DNA from: Candidatus Cloacimonadales bacterium
GTDB taxonomy: Bacteria; Cloacimonadota; Cloacimonadia; Cloacimonadales; JAIOQZ01
Assembly (NCBI GenBank): GCA_963662655.2
Contig: CAXXTU010000002.1
Coordinates: 2,240,001 to 2,304,000 of the forward strand
Reading direction: 5' to 3'
DNA: 64,000 nt
The stretch's first letter is position 1; the number at the start of each line of letters is the position of its first letter. Below, one piece after another: positions 20,223 to 29,019 of the stretch. The position numbers were made by a program, and so were the translations under genes. Below the pieces are notes generated by a model that was not told the origin of the DNA, made no database searches, and was given only the letters and a program-made list of their open reading frames with translations.

Positions 20223-22100
20223 TTAGGAAATCGCCTTGAATTTACAGATTTCGATACAGGCTCCGCATTTGATACACTTTCCGGGATCGATCACGTGCGG
20301 TTGTTTGACGGTTCCGGAGATTGCGCCCACCGGGCAGCTTCTCTTGCAAAGCGTACAGCCCACGCAGATTTTCGGATCGATGGTGATTGGGACCAGCGCG
20401 GAACACTCCCGAGTAGGACAATACTTTCCGTTCACGTGCGCTTCGTATTCGTCGCGGAAGTAACGCAGGGTCGATAGCACCGGACTTGGCGCGGATTTCC
20501 CCAGGCCGCAGAGCGAGGTGATTTTCACCGTCTCGGCCGTGTCTTCCAGAAGCGGAATCGTGGTCTCGTCCGCACGACCTTCGGTGATGTCCTCCAGGAG
20601 TTCCAGCATCTGGCGGGTTCCTTCGCGGCACGGGACGCACTTTCCGCAGCTCTCGTGCTGGGTGAATTTCATGAAGAAGGAGGCGATACGCACCATGCAG
20701 GTGCTCTTGTTCATCACCACCAGGCCCCCCGAGCCCACCATCGCGCCGATGGAAGAAAGCGAATCGAAATCGAGCGGGACATCGAGGTGTTCTTCGGTGA
20801 GGCAGCCGCCGGAAGGTCCGCCGATCTGCACCGCCTTGAACGCGGTGTTATCGATGTTGCCGTTCTCGTCGATCACGCCACCGCCGATATCGAAAACGAT
20901 CTCGCGGATGGTCGAACCGAACGGAACCTCGATGAGACCGGTGTTCACGACATGCCCCGTGAGAGCAAAAGCCTTGGTTCCGGGTGACTTCTCCGTTCCG
21001 ATGGAGCGGAATTTTTCCACGCCGTAACGGAGAATCTGCGGTACCGTCGCCAGCGTTTCAACGTTGTTGATGACCGTGGGCTTTCCGAAGAGTCCCACTT
21101 CTGCCGACCGCGGCGGTTTGGTACGAGGCATTCCCCGTCCGCCCTGGATGGAGGCGATCATGGCCGAGCCTTCGCCGCAGACGAACGCTCCCGCGCCTTC
21201 CATTACCTGGATGTCGAACGAATGGCCGGATCCGAAGATGTTATCGCCCAGGATGCCATGCGATTCCGCGTCCTTGATGGCCTTGCGGATCCGTTTGCAG
21301 GCCAGCGGGTATTCCATGCGGACATAGACGTACCCGTGATTCGCAATGGAACCCCTCGCCGCGATCAGCATACCTTCGATCACGCTGTGGGGATTCCCTT
21401 CGAGGATACTGCGATCCATAAACGCCCCCGGGTCGCCTTCGTCCCCATTGCAAATAATGTATTTATCTTCGGAAGCTTGCTTTCTCGAGAGATCCCATTT
21501 AACGCCAGCGGAAAAGCCGCCACCGCCTTTGCCCCTTAAACCTGCTTCTTTGTATGTCGTGCAAATGTCTTCCGGAGCGAGTTCGAGCCATGCCTTGCGA
21601 GCGGCTTCGTAGCCTCCACCCGCGATGTATTCGTCGATGCTCTCGGGGTCGATGTGACCACATTCCTTGAGCACGTTGCGGGTCTGTCTCGAATAAAACG
21701 GTATATCCTGGGTAGTCTTGCAAGGCGAATGATCGGCAGGGTTCTTGTAAAGCAGGCGGTCAACGGCTTTTCCGTTTTGCAGAGTGGTATGTACGATTTC
21801 CTCAGCATCTTCTGGCTTAACATGCGTATAGAGAAATCCTTCCGGTTCCACGGTAACCAATGGACCAACCTGACAGAAGCCCTGACATCCGCTCTGAGAG
21901 AGAAGCACGTCGTGTTTCTCCTCACCCCTGAGCTCGATCGTCACATCGAGGCCTCTCTCGGAAGCGATACGTTTGAGAGCCGCGTGAACCTTCAACGATC
22001 CGTTCGCGATACATCCCGTACCTGCGCAAATAATCACCCTTCGCTCGCAACCGGTGCGAGCCGTCTTGTATTTCAAGGCGATTTCGTTCAAGTTACACAT
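20223..22100 (-). CDS. hydB: NADH/FMN-binding hydrogenase beta subunit (NuoF-like)
   Basis: GLRGKGGGGF, NGDEGDPGAFMDR, GGPSGGC, ESCGKCVPCREG; N-terminal [2Fe-2S] and C-terminal 2x[4Fe-4S]. Confidence 0.93.
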   Translation of the reverse strand: MCNLNEIALKYKTARTGCERRVIICAGTGCIANGSLKVHAALKRIASERGLDVTIELRGEEKHDVLLSQSGCQGFCQVGPLVTVEPEGFLYTHVKPEDAEEIVHTTLQNGKAVDRLLYKNPADHSPCKTTQDIPFYSRQTRNVLKECGHIDPESIDEYIAGGGYEAARKAWLELAPEDICTTYKEAGLRGKGGGGFSAGVKWDLSRKQASEDKYIICNGDEGDPGAFMDRSILEGNPHSVIEGMLIAARGSIANHGYVYVRMEYPLACKRIRKAIKDAESHGILGDNIFGSGHSFDIQVMEGAGAFVCGEGSAMIASIQGGRGMPRTKPPRSAEVGLFGKPTVINNVETLATVPQILRYGVEKFRSIGTEKSPGTKAFALTGHVVNTGLIEVPFGSTIREIVFDIGGGVIDENGNIDNTAFKAVQIGGPSGGCLTEEHLDVPLDFDSLSSIGAMVGSGGLVVMNKSTCMVRIASFFMKFTQHESCGKCVPCREGTRQMLELLEDITEGRADETTIPLLEDTAETVKITSLCGLGKSAPSPVLSTLRYFRDEYEAHVNGKYCPTRECSALVPITIDPKICVGCTLCKRSCPVGAISGTVKQPHVIDPGKCIKCGACIEICKFKAIS

Positions 22101-22593
22101 CGTGCCCCTCCTGCTTTTTCAATTCGTTCACAATCTCGATGGCCTTATCTGGCGTTACCTGCCCATACACGTCGTCATCGACGACCAGAACAGGTGCGAG
22201 TCCGCATGCGCCGAGGCACGATACGGTTTCGAGCGTGAAAAGCATGTCCGGCGTGGTTTTCTTCTTCTCGTTGAGGCTCAGATGCTCTCGAAGGGCTGTG
22301 ATAATCTTGCCGGAACCTTTAACATGACAAGCGGTTCCGTCGCAAATCCGCAGAATGTGTTTACCCTTGGGTTCAAGTGAAAAGTGGCTGTAAAATGTTG
22401 CAACCCCATATATCTTGGCCGGCGAGACGCCCAAGGATGTCGCGACGAATACAAGCACCTCCTGGGGAAGATAGCGATACTCTTCCTGGACGGCCTGCAA
22501 TATCGGGATGATCATCTTCGGGTCCCGCTGGTGCTGATCGAGTATCTCGATCACCTTACGGAAACTACGGTTTGCTTGCAGGGTATCTGTCAT
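22093..22593 (-). CDS. hydC: Hydrogenase gamma subunit (NuoE-like)
   Basis: GVATFYSHF, CDGTACHVKG, CLGACGLAP. Confidence 0.93.
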   Translation of the reverse strand: MTDTLQANRSFRKVIEILDQHQRDPKMIIPILQAVQEEYRYLPQEVLVFVATSLGVSPAKIYGVATFYSHFSLEPKGKHILRICDGTACHVKGSGKIITALREHLSLNEKKKTTPDMLFTLETVSCLGACGLAPVLVVDDDVYGQVTPDKAIEIVNELKKQEGHDV

Positions 22594-22607
22594 TGTTTCT
22601 CCATGGT

Positions 22608-23249
22608 TTATTCAGATTGTTTCATCAGTTTGACGGCCAGCCTCTGAGAGAGTACGGCCAGGCTGGCATATAAATCGACATTCTCGACGATGATGTTTTC
22701 GGGGACAACAAGCTGAACCGGAGCAAAGTTCCAGATCGCCATGATTCCCGATGCGAGCATCATATCCGCCACAGACTGAGCTGCTTCCGGCGGCACCGTT
22801 ACAATCCCGATATGAACATGCAGACGCTGTGCGAGATTACTGAATTTTTCCATGGCAAAAACAGGGACATCATGAATCTTCGTATCTATTAGTATAGGGT
22901 TTGTATCGAATGCTGCAAGTATTTTCATCCCTTTGGTTTCGAAAATCTCGCGATAACCCATGATCGCGGAGCCGAGGTTTCCCGCTCCAACGATAAAGGC
23001 TTCCGAGGAGTCGTTCCAGTTCAGGAAATCACTGATCGCAAGAGCGAGCTCGTTCACCTTGTGGCCCACCTTTGGCACGCCTACTACACCTGTGGAAGCG
23101 AGATCTTTGCGAACCTGCGTCCTGTGCACTCCGGTGTGATTGGCCAGCGAGGTTGCCGAGATGTACTCCTGCTTATTCTTTTGCGCTTCCAGTATGATTT
23201 GCAGGTACTGGGACAGCCTTCTCAGGGTTAAAATCGATACCGGTTTCAT
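22608..23249 (-). CDS. rex: Redox-sensing transcriptional repressor Rex
   Basis: TLRRLSQY, QVRKDL, VGAGNLG, I.AIWNFAP; AAGGAGA RBS before ATG at 23249. Confidence 0.93.
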   Translation of the reverse strand: MKPVSILTLRRLSQYLQIILEAQKNKQEYISATSLANHTGVHRTQVRKDLASTGVVGVPKVGHKVNELALAISDFLNWNDSSEAFIVGAGNLGSAIMGYREIFETKGMKILAAFDTNPILIDTKIHDVPVFAMEKFSNLAQRLHVHIGIVTVPPEAAQSVADMMLASGIMAIWNFAPVQLVVPENIIVENVDLYASLAVLSQRLAVKLMKQSE

Positions 23250-23266
23250 GATGTCTCCTTTCATTT

Positions 23267-23284
23267 TCGATAGATTATTATCGA
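23267..23284. promoter_or_regulatory. Putative Rex operator upstream of rex-hyd operon
   Basis: 18-bp palindrome TCGATAGATTATTATCGA, same length and symmetry as the canonical TTGTGAA-N4-TTCACAA. Confidence 0.6.
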
Positions 23285-23324
23285 TATGAATTTTGCCATT
23301 ACAACGTCAATGTTTTTCATTCAG

Positions 23325-23362
23325 AAAAGTACGGGAAGGACGCCTGGCATCCTTCCCTGTAC
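23325..23362 (-). terminator. Intrinsic terminator after adh
   Basis: GGGAAGGATGCC/GGCGTCCTTCCC stem followed by a T-rich tail on the minus strand. Confidence 0.7.
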
Positions 23363-23367
23363 CCTAT

Positions 23368-24579
23368 CTATTTCATCCTGTGCATACTGCTGGTGAAAAT
23401 GCGACGAATCACCTCATCGTCCGCCTTGACGGGCGCAATGCCGAGAAGTCCGTCCAGAGACGGAGTCGTCTTCGTCAGGTGAACCAGCTTGTCGATGTCC
23501 GCATCGGTATAGCCTTCGTCGGAAAGCTTGCGATCGATTCCCAAGCTGAACAGCCAGTCTTCGATAGCCTTCGCGACCATGTCGGCTTCTTCAGGAACGC
23601 CCTTGAGACCCGGGACGACCGGTGAGTAGATGTCGGCGAGAACTTTGGGGCGAGCCGGGTAGATTTCCTTGATCACGGCAGGCAGGATCATCGCCAGGCC
23701 AAGCCCGTGCGCCAGATCGGGTTTCACCGCGCTGAGCGGATGCTCAAGAGCATGTGTGAAGTGGAGGAGTCCGTTGTCGAAAGCGATTCCGGCGATTGCC
23801 GAGGCATACGTGAGAAAATAACGTGCCGTGAGGTCCTTTGGATCCTTCAGCGCGCGTGGGAGGTACTCGGCCACGAGGCTGATGGTTTCCTTGGCCATCA
23901 TCATGACGTAAGGGGTCGCAACGATGGTTGTCGCGGCTTCGGTCACGTGGTTGACCGCATCGATGCTCACGAATCGTGTCTGGTTTTCCGGAAGGCCGGT
24001 CATGAGGCCTGGATCATCGATTGCGTACAGAGGATAGATGCAATCGTATGCGATCGCCGGCTTGTATTCCTTGTCTGAGATGGTTACGACCGCGAAGCGA
24101 TTGACTTCGGTTCCGGTTCCGTGCGTGGTGTTGACAGCGATGATCGGTACGGCCTTGGCAGGAGCAAACTCGAATTCATAGAGGGAACGTGCTGTTTGAT
24201 TCGGGTATTCGAGGAGTATCGCGGTACTCTTTGCTGCATCGATGGGACTACCGCCACCAATACCGATCACCACTTGTGCCCCAAATTCTCTACCGATCGC
24301 GGTCGCTTCATCGACCTGCGCGTCGGTTGGATTCGGTGTTACACCGTTAAACAGTTTATAGTCTATATGATTTTCCTTGAGAGCTGCTTCGATAACATCC
24401 CAGGCGCCTGTTCTACGATAGGATGAGCCGCCGGTCATGACCAGCGCTTTGTTGATTCCAACACCCTTGAGTGTTGCTGCGATTTCCTTCATCTTGTTGA
24501 TGGCTCCGACTCCGAAGAAGTCGGTTGTGCGTGTTCTGAGTTCGAACACTTGATTGATATCGGTTTCATTCTTCCACAT
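23368..24579 (-). CDS. Iron-containing alcohol dehydrogenase
   Basis: GIGGGSPIDAAK, NTTHGTGTEV, DAVNH, HALEH...HGLG. Confidence 0.93.
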   Translation of the reverse strand: MWKNETDINQVFELRTRTTDFFGVGAINKMKEIAATLKGVGINKALVMTGGSSYRRTGAWDVIEAALKENHIDYKLFNGVTPNPTDAQVDEATAIGREFGAQVVIGIGGGSPIDAAKSTAILLEYPNQTARSLYEFEFAPAKAVPIIAVNTTHGTGTEVNRFAVVTISDKEYKPAIAYDCIYPLYAIDDPGLMTGLPENQTRFVSIDAVNHVTEAATTIVATPYVMMMAKETISLVAEYLPRALKDPKDLTARYFLTYASAIAGIAFDNGLLHFTHALEHPLSAVKPDLAHGLGLAMILPAVIKEIYPARPKVLADIYSPVVPGLKGVPEEADMVAKAIEDWLFSLGIDRKLSDEGYTDADIDKLVHLTKTTPSLDGLLGIAPVKADDEVIRRIFTSSMHRMK

Positions 24580-24596
24580 CTTTCACTCCTTTGTAT

Positions 24597-24642
24597 TCGT
24601 GATTTTTTTATCGATATATATTTATCGAGATTATAATCACGA
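24597..24642. promoter_or_regulatory. Three overlapping putative Rex operators over the adh promoter
   Basis: TCGTGATTTTTTTATCGA, TCGATATATATTTATCGA and TCGAGATTATAATCACGA at 14-bp period; the minus-strand TATAAT (24635-24630) lies within the third. Confidence 0.6.
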
Positions 24643-24898
24643 TATCCGCGTCAAGCAAATTTTTTCTTCAATTATTTTTTTGTGAGATGTAATCCAAGTA
24701 ATTATAGACGGTTACGAACGATAAAAAAAACGTGATATCCAGCGATCCAGACATTTTTCACGAAATTCCTTTGCAGCGATAAAGAATTCAATGGAAAAAG
24801 CCCTCCTTCCTTATTGGCAGATAATCTCCTTAATAAACTTGACACTTCCAGCAAGCCGCAATCTCTATTGTGTCAATTCGTTGAAGGATGGAATCGAT

Positions 24899-26119
24899 AT
24901 GCGTACGATCTACCTTATGTCAATTGCCATGATCCTCATCCTCGTGGCTGGCTGCGAAGACGACAGCGACAGCACGACCGGGCCGGCCGGGCCTCCTTCG
25001 ATCGATATCGTCATCCTTGTGGATGGCGCTGCCGTGGATACGCTTCGTATCACGGAGGAAAATGAGGGCGACACGATCCGCGTAATCCACGATAATGAGA
25101 TACTGGGAGAGCTTGAGTTCTCGATACTCGAGGTATCAAATTTGGATAACAATCCTGAGCTGCAAACCGTTTTCAATCTCCTCGCACGGAAAAATGGCTG
25201 CTTCACTCAAGGTTTTGCCTTCAGGCAAAACACGATATTCGAAATCGACTTTGCGACATCGTTCGTCCCATACGATCCCAGTACAAACTGCGGTGTTGTG
25301 GTTAGGAGTGGCGGTTTAGCGGACGGCTTCATGGGCTTACTCAAAGATAAGGATATCGAAATCCTGACGCCCGATTACATGAATAAAGATACCATCTACG
25401 TTGACGCAGACGGAAAGTTCATTACTGACCTCGAAGCCGGCGAATATGTTGCCCGGATACTGAATCCCTATCCCCTGCTGATGGATACGTCCTTTCAATT
25501 GGAATCCGGATACAACGAGTTAAATCTTCCCGTGGGATGTATGATCTGGGCCAAACCCAACATCTACCTCTATCCCACCGAAACAACCACGCTCGACGTG
25601 AGCATCGAGTTCCCGCAGGGAGGAAATGTCACCGTCTCCGATCCGCATTACCCTGATGAGTGGAGAAATATCAAGGTTGAGCCGGACGGCACCATCGACG
25701 GCGAGTACGGTTACTTGTTCTACGAAGCCGAGACACCGGCCATCGCCCAGCAGTCCGCTGGCTGGATCGTGGCACGCGAAGACCTGGAGGACTTCTTCGA
25801 CAACAACCTGCGTCGTACGGGCTTCAGCCAGGCGGAGATCGACGACTTTATCGAGTGGTGGATTCCCCGGCTGACAGATTCCGCTTACTACGCCCTCTAC
25901 CCGCAGTACAAGGAGCAGATCGATCCGGTCGTCGAGCTGAGGATATCACCGCAACCGGACAACATCCTGCGCCTTACCTACTATGTGGCTCCGCTCGATT
26001 CGCCCGATCTCGTGCTGGTTGAGCCGGCGATTCCAGCGTTCGACCGAACAGGCTTTGTGGTGGCCGAATGGGGTTTGATCCTCACCGAAGGTTCGCAGAA
26101 GCAGAACGCGAAAGAGTAA
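24899..26119 (+). CDS. Lipoprotein with C-terminal KPxIYLYP domain
   Basis: Lipobox LVAG-C; C-terminal KPNIYLYP...YLFYEA...DFIEWW.P...VVAEWG conserved hypothetical domain. Confidence 0.75.
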   Translation: MRTIYLMSIAMILILVAGCEDDSDSTTGPAGPPSIDIVILVDGAAVDTLRITEENEGDTIRVIHDNEILGELEFSILEVSNLDNNPELQTVFNLLARKNGCFTQGFAFRQNTIFEIDFATSFVPYDPSTNCGVVVRSGGLADGFMGLLKDKDIEILTPDYMNKDTIYVDADGKFITDLEAGEYVARILNPYPLLMDTSFQLESGYNELNLPVGCMIWAKPNIYLYPTETTTLDVSIEFPQGGNVTVSDPHYPDEWRNIKVEPDGTIDGEYGYLFYEAETPAIAQQSAGWIVAREDLEDFFDNNLRRTGFSQAEIDDFIEWWIPRLTDSAYYALYPQYKEQIDPVVELRISPQPDNILRLTYYVAPLDSPDLVLVEPAIPAFDRTGFVVAEWGLILTEGSQKQNAKE

Positions 26120-26357
26120 TTCCAGATTCAAATATCTCACGTTGTTTACACAAATTACAGACGGTTTCTTGCTCCGATTCCCTTTAATCGCCTTCTTTGG
26201 ATTCGATGAAAAACCAATAGCATTCAAAGTAACAATGTAATAATTATTTTAAAATTGTTTTTCAGGCCAAACATTGTATTATTTATATTGAGAAAATATC
26301 GTATTATTATGGACATTTTACATGAAAGTAATCTAACTGTAACAAAATGGAGGTTCC

Positions 26358-28649
26358 ATGAAAAGGTTTTTATTTTGTTTTGTAACCATTCTGATCGCAC
26401 TACCCCTACTTTCTCAGTCGGGGGTCGCGCCTTCGGGACTCGGTACGGAGGCCAGCCCATATCTGATAGCCACGTGGCAGAATCTTTATTGGGTCAGCCA
26501 GAATTCGAGCGAATGGGGCAAGCATTTTCTCCAAACCGCGGACATCGATTTCTCGACAGCTACCCCGGCCATTACAACCTGGAACGGCAATCAGGGGTGG
26601 ACTCCCATCGGTAACGCCACGACACAATTCACCGGCGTCTATGATGGCGATGGATTTAAAGTCATGAACCTCTATCTGAATTACCCTGGAAGCGGTGAAC
26701 CTACTTCTGTTATTGAGGCACAGGCTCTGCCCGGGAACATCGGCCTGTTCGGTTATCTTAAATGCACTTCAACAACGGACGCGATAATCCGCAATCTTGG
26801 GATACTGAACGCTGATGTTACCGGGGGCAGAGGTACCGGAACTTTATTGGGGCGCTCATTGCTCCCAAGCGACGCATCCCATACGACAATCGTCGAGAAC
26901 TGCTACGCGGCGGGAAATGTTACGGTACGCGGATTCGGCGCGACAGGCGGCCTGGTTGGTGCGAACAACTCACAGAAAAAGAACATCGTTCCCATCATTC
27001 GGTACTGCTATGCGGATGCTGACGTGGAGAGTCGCTTCCCGACCAATTCGATTCAGAATCCCGCAGATAACAACGAGTTGTTCAACATCAAGTATGGCGG
27101 ACTTGTCGGCTGCAACGAGAACGGGCTCACCATGGACAGTTATTCCCGGGGGAACGTATACGGTGGCAAGAGAGTCGGCGGTGTGTCCGGCTGCTCCATC
27201 CGCGGCGCGGTAATCCGGTGTTATGCCACAGGCCAGGTTCGCACCGGTTTCCAGAGTCCTCCCTTCACCGCGGATGCCGATCCGTTTGTCGGCGGAATCG
27301 TTGGGCGCGTGGATGGAAAATTACCCGGCGGCTTGGGCGGCTTCTCTGGAAGCGGATCGATTCAGATGTGTTACTGGGATACGACAACTTCAGGAAACAC
27401 AACCTCCGGGGGTGGATCGGGAGCTCAGGGCAGAACAACCGCCCAGATGCAGACACAGGCGAATTATACCGACTGGAATTTTAACGGCGTCTGGTTGATT
27501 TCCGCCAGCCAGTATCCCCGCCTCGGTTGGCAGGACGACGTGAATATAAACCCAACTTCCGACACTTACGAGGGCATGCTTTCCCCGACCGTCGATACGG
27601 GAACAGCCCTCCCCAACGCCCTTTACTCATCCACCAGCGTCGGTGGACAATCAGTATACACGGGCTTTATGCCTTCAGCTACAGAAACCGTCAATATCTC
27701 AATCTACGCGATTTACTCCGAGAATCCCCTGTTCGTTGAAGGCGACTTCCCCAATCCAGAGAACCTCGGCGCCTACTGGAAGTTCTACTGCTCGGACGAC
27801 GCGGTTCTGAGAAACGCTCAATACTTTGACATCCAGATGCCGAACGAATACACGGATATCTGGTACCGATACAGTCGCGACGGAGCTGAAGTGCTTTCCT
27901 GGCGAAAAATCCCTGGCGGAGTATCGGTTTATCAGTCGGGAAGCTATATCTACAGAATCACGATCAGCGGTTTGAGTCTGCCCTCCGGAGCAAGAGCCGG
28001 AGAGTTGGGTGAAATCGAATTCGCGGGAGACATCGGAGGAGGGGAGACCCTTCCTGTAGAGCTCTCCTCGTTCACGGCCACACAAACCTCAGTCAATGCT
28101 GCCACGCTTGCATGGACAACCCAGAGCGAAAGCGATATGATCGGGTACTACGTACTTCGAAGTCAAACCGAAGACCTCGTCGACGCTACCAGAATTTCCG
28201 GATTGATCGCTGCCGGGAACAGTCCCGCCGAGAACTCCTACCACTACACGGACGAGGATGTTTCGTGTGACAACACCTACCGTTACTGGCTTCAAAGTGT
28301 CGCGATGGATGCAACTTCTGCGTTTTTTGGCCCGGTGACTTTGACGATTACCAACAACGAAGGCGAAGGAAACGAAGCTCCGGAAGTCTTTGCCATCGAA
28401 CTGATGGGTTGCTACCCGAATCCGTTCAACCCTGCAACAACCATCAGCTATTCCCTCGCAAAAGACGGCCTCGCGAAATTCACCATTTTCGATCTGAAAG
28501 GACGTGAAGTCGACCGCTTCTCTCATGATGGCGCTAAAGGCTACAACAAGGTCACATGGAACGCGGAAAACATGGCTTCCGGTATTTACTTTGTACGTAT
28601 GAACGCCCAAGGTACCGAACAAACAAGAAAAGTTATGCTTCTCAAATAG
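26358..28649 (+). CDS. Secreted GLUG-repeat protein with T9SS/FlgD-like C-terminal domain
   Basis: Signal peptide; GTE.SPYLI, WTPIG..FTGVYDG, GGLVG repeats; LPVELSSF; YPNPFNP...ASGIYF...KVMLLK. Confidence 0.85.
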   Translation: MKRFLFCFVTILIALPLLSQSGVAPSGLGTEASPYLIATWQNLYWVSQNSSEWGKHFLQTADIDFSTATPAITTWNGNQGWTPIGNATTQFTGVYDGDGFKVMNLYLNYPGSGEPTSVIEAQALPGNIGLFGYLKCTSTTDAIIRNLGILNADVTGGRGTGTLLGRSLLPSDASHTTIVENCYAAGNVTVRGFGATGGLVGANNSQKKNIVPIIRYCYADADVESRFPTNSIQNPADNNELFNIKYGGLVGCNENGLTMDSYSRGNVYGGKRVGGVSGCSIRGAVIRCYATGQVRTGFQSPPFTADADPFVGGIVGRVDGKLPGGLGGFSGSGSIQMCYWDTTTSGNTTSGGGSGAQGRTTAQMQTQANYTDWNFNGVWLISASQYPRLGWQDDVNINPTSDTYEGMLSPTVDTGTALPNALYSSTSVGGQSVYTGFMPSATETVNISIYAIYSENPLFVEGDFPNPENLGAYWKFYCSDDAVLRNAQYFDIQMPNEYTDIWYRYSRDGAEVLSWRKIPGGVSVYQSGSYIYRITISGLSLPSGARAGELGEIEFAGDIGGGETLPVELSSFTATQTSVNAATLAWTTQSESDMIGYYVLRSQTEDLVDATRISGLIAAGNSPAENSYHYTDEDVSCDNTYRYWLQSVAMDATSAFFGPVTLTITNNEGEGNEAPEVFAIELMGCYPNPFNPATTISYSLAKDGLAKFTIFDLKGREVDRFSHDGAKGYNKVTWNAENMASGIYFVRMNAQGTEQTRKVMLLK

Positions 28650-28671
28650 CTCATCACACACCCACAATAAC

Positions 28672-28706
28672 AATCGCTGGCCGGGACTTCCTCCCGACCA
28701 GCGATT
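28672..28706 (+). terminator. Hairpin after GLUG protein gene
   Basis: AATCGCTGG-C-CGGGA...TCCCG-A-CCAGCGATT followed by pyrimidines. Confidence 0.55.
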
Positions 28707-28746
28707 CCTTTCTGACGTGTACGTTAGAAGTAAAATACTACCTCGA

Positions 28747-28873
28747 GGCGCGAGCAGATTCGTTCGATCCGCTCCTGAACAGGGTGTTTCCCGGTGGAGT
28801 TACCAATATCAAAATGCCTACGAAACCGGGGTATATCCCTGATCAGGAGCGGATCGGGCGAAGATGCCACGCC
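28747..28873 (+). repeat. Hairpin element copy 4
   Basis: GCAGATTCGTTCGATC-CGCTCCTGAACAGGG-TGTTT-CCCGGT...ACCGGG-GTATAT-CCCTGATCAGGAGCG-GATCGGGCGAAGATGC. Confidence 0.92.
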
Positions 28874-28969
28874 GGTGAAACATCTACTGCAAACTATCGA
28901 TCCCTATTACATTTTCCGCTTTGACAAATCAAAAACCGGGAAATAGAGGAGGCATAAATTGTTTTATAT

Positions 28970-29008
28970 GTGTAAAGACCGGTATCCCGGAGGATACCAG
29001 TCTTACAC
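28970..29008 (-). terminator. Hairpin after LamG protein gene
   Basis: GTGTAAAGAC-C-GGTATCC...GGATACC-A-GTCTTACAC just past the stop at 29020. Confidence 0.55.
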
Positions 29009-29019
29009 GGCTGGGGAAA

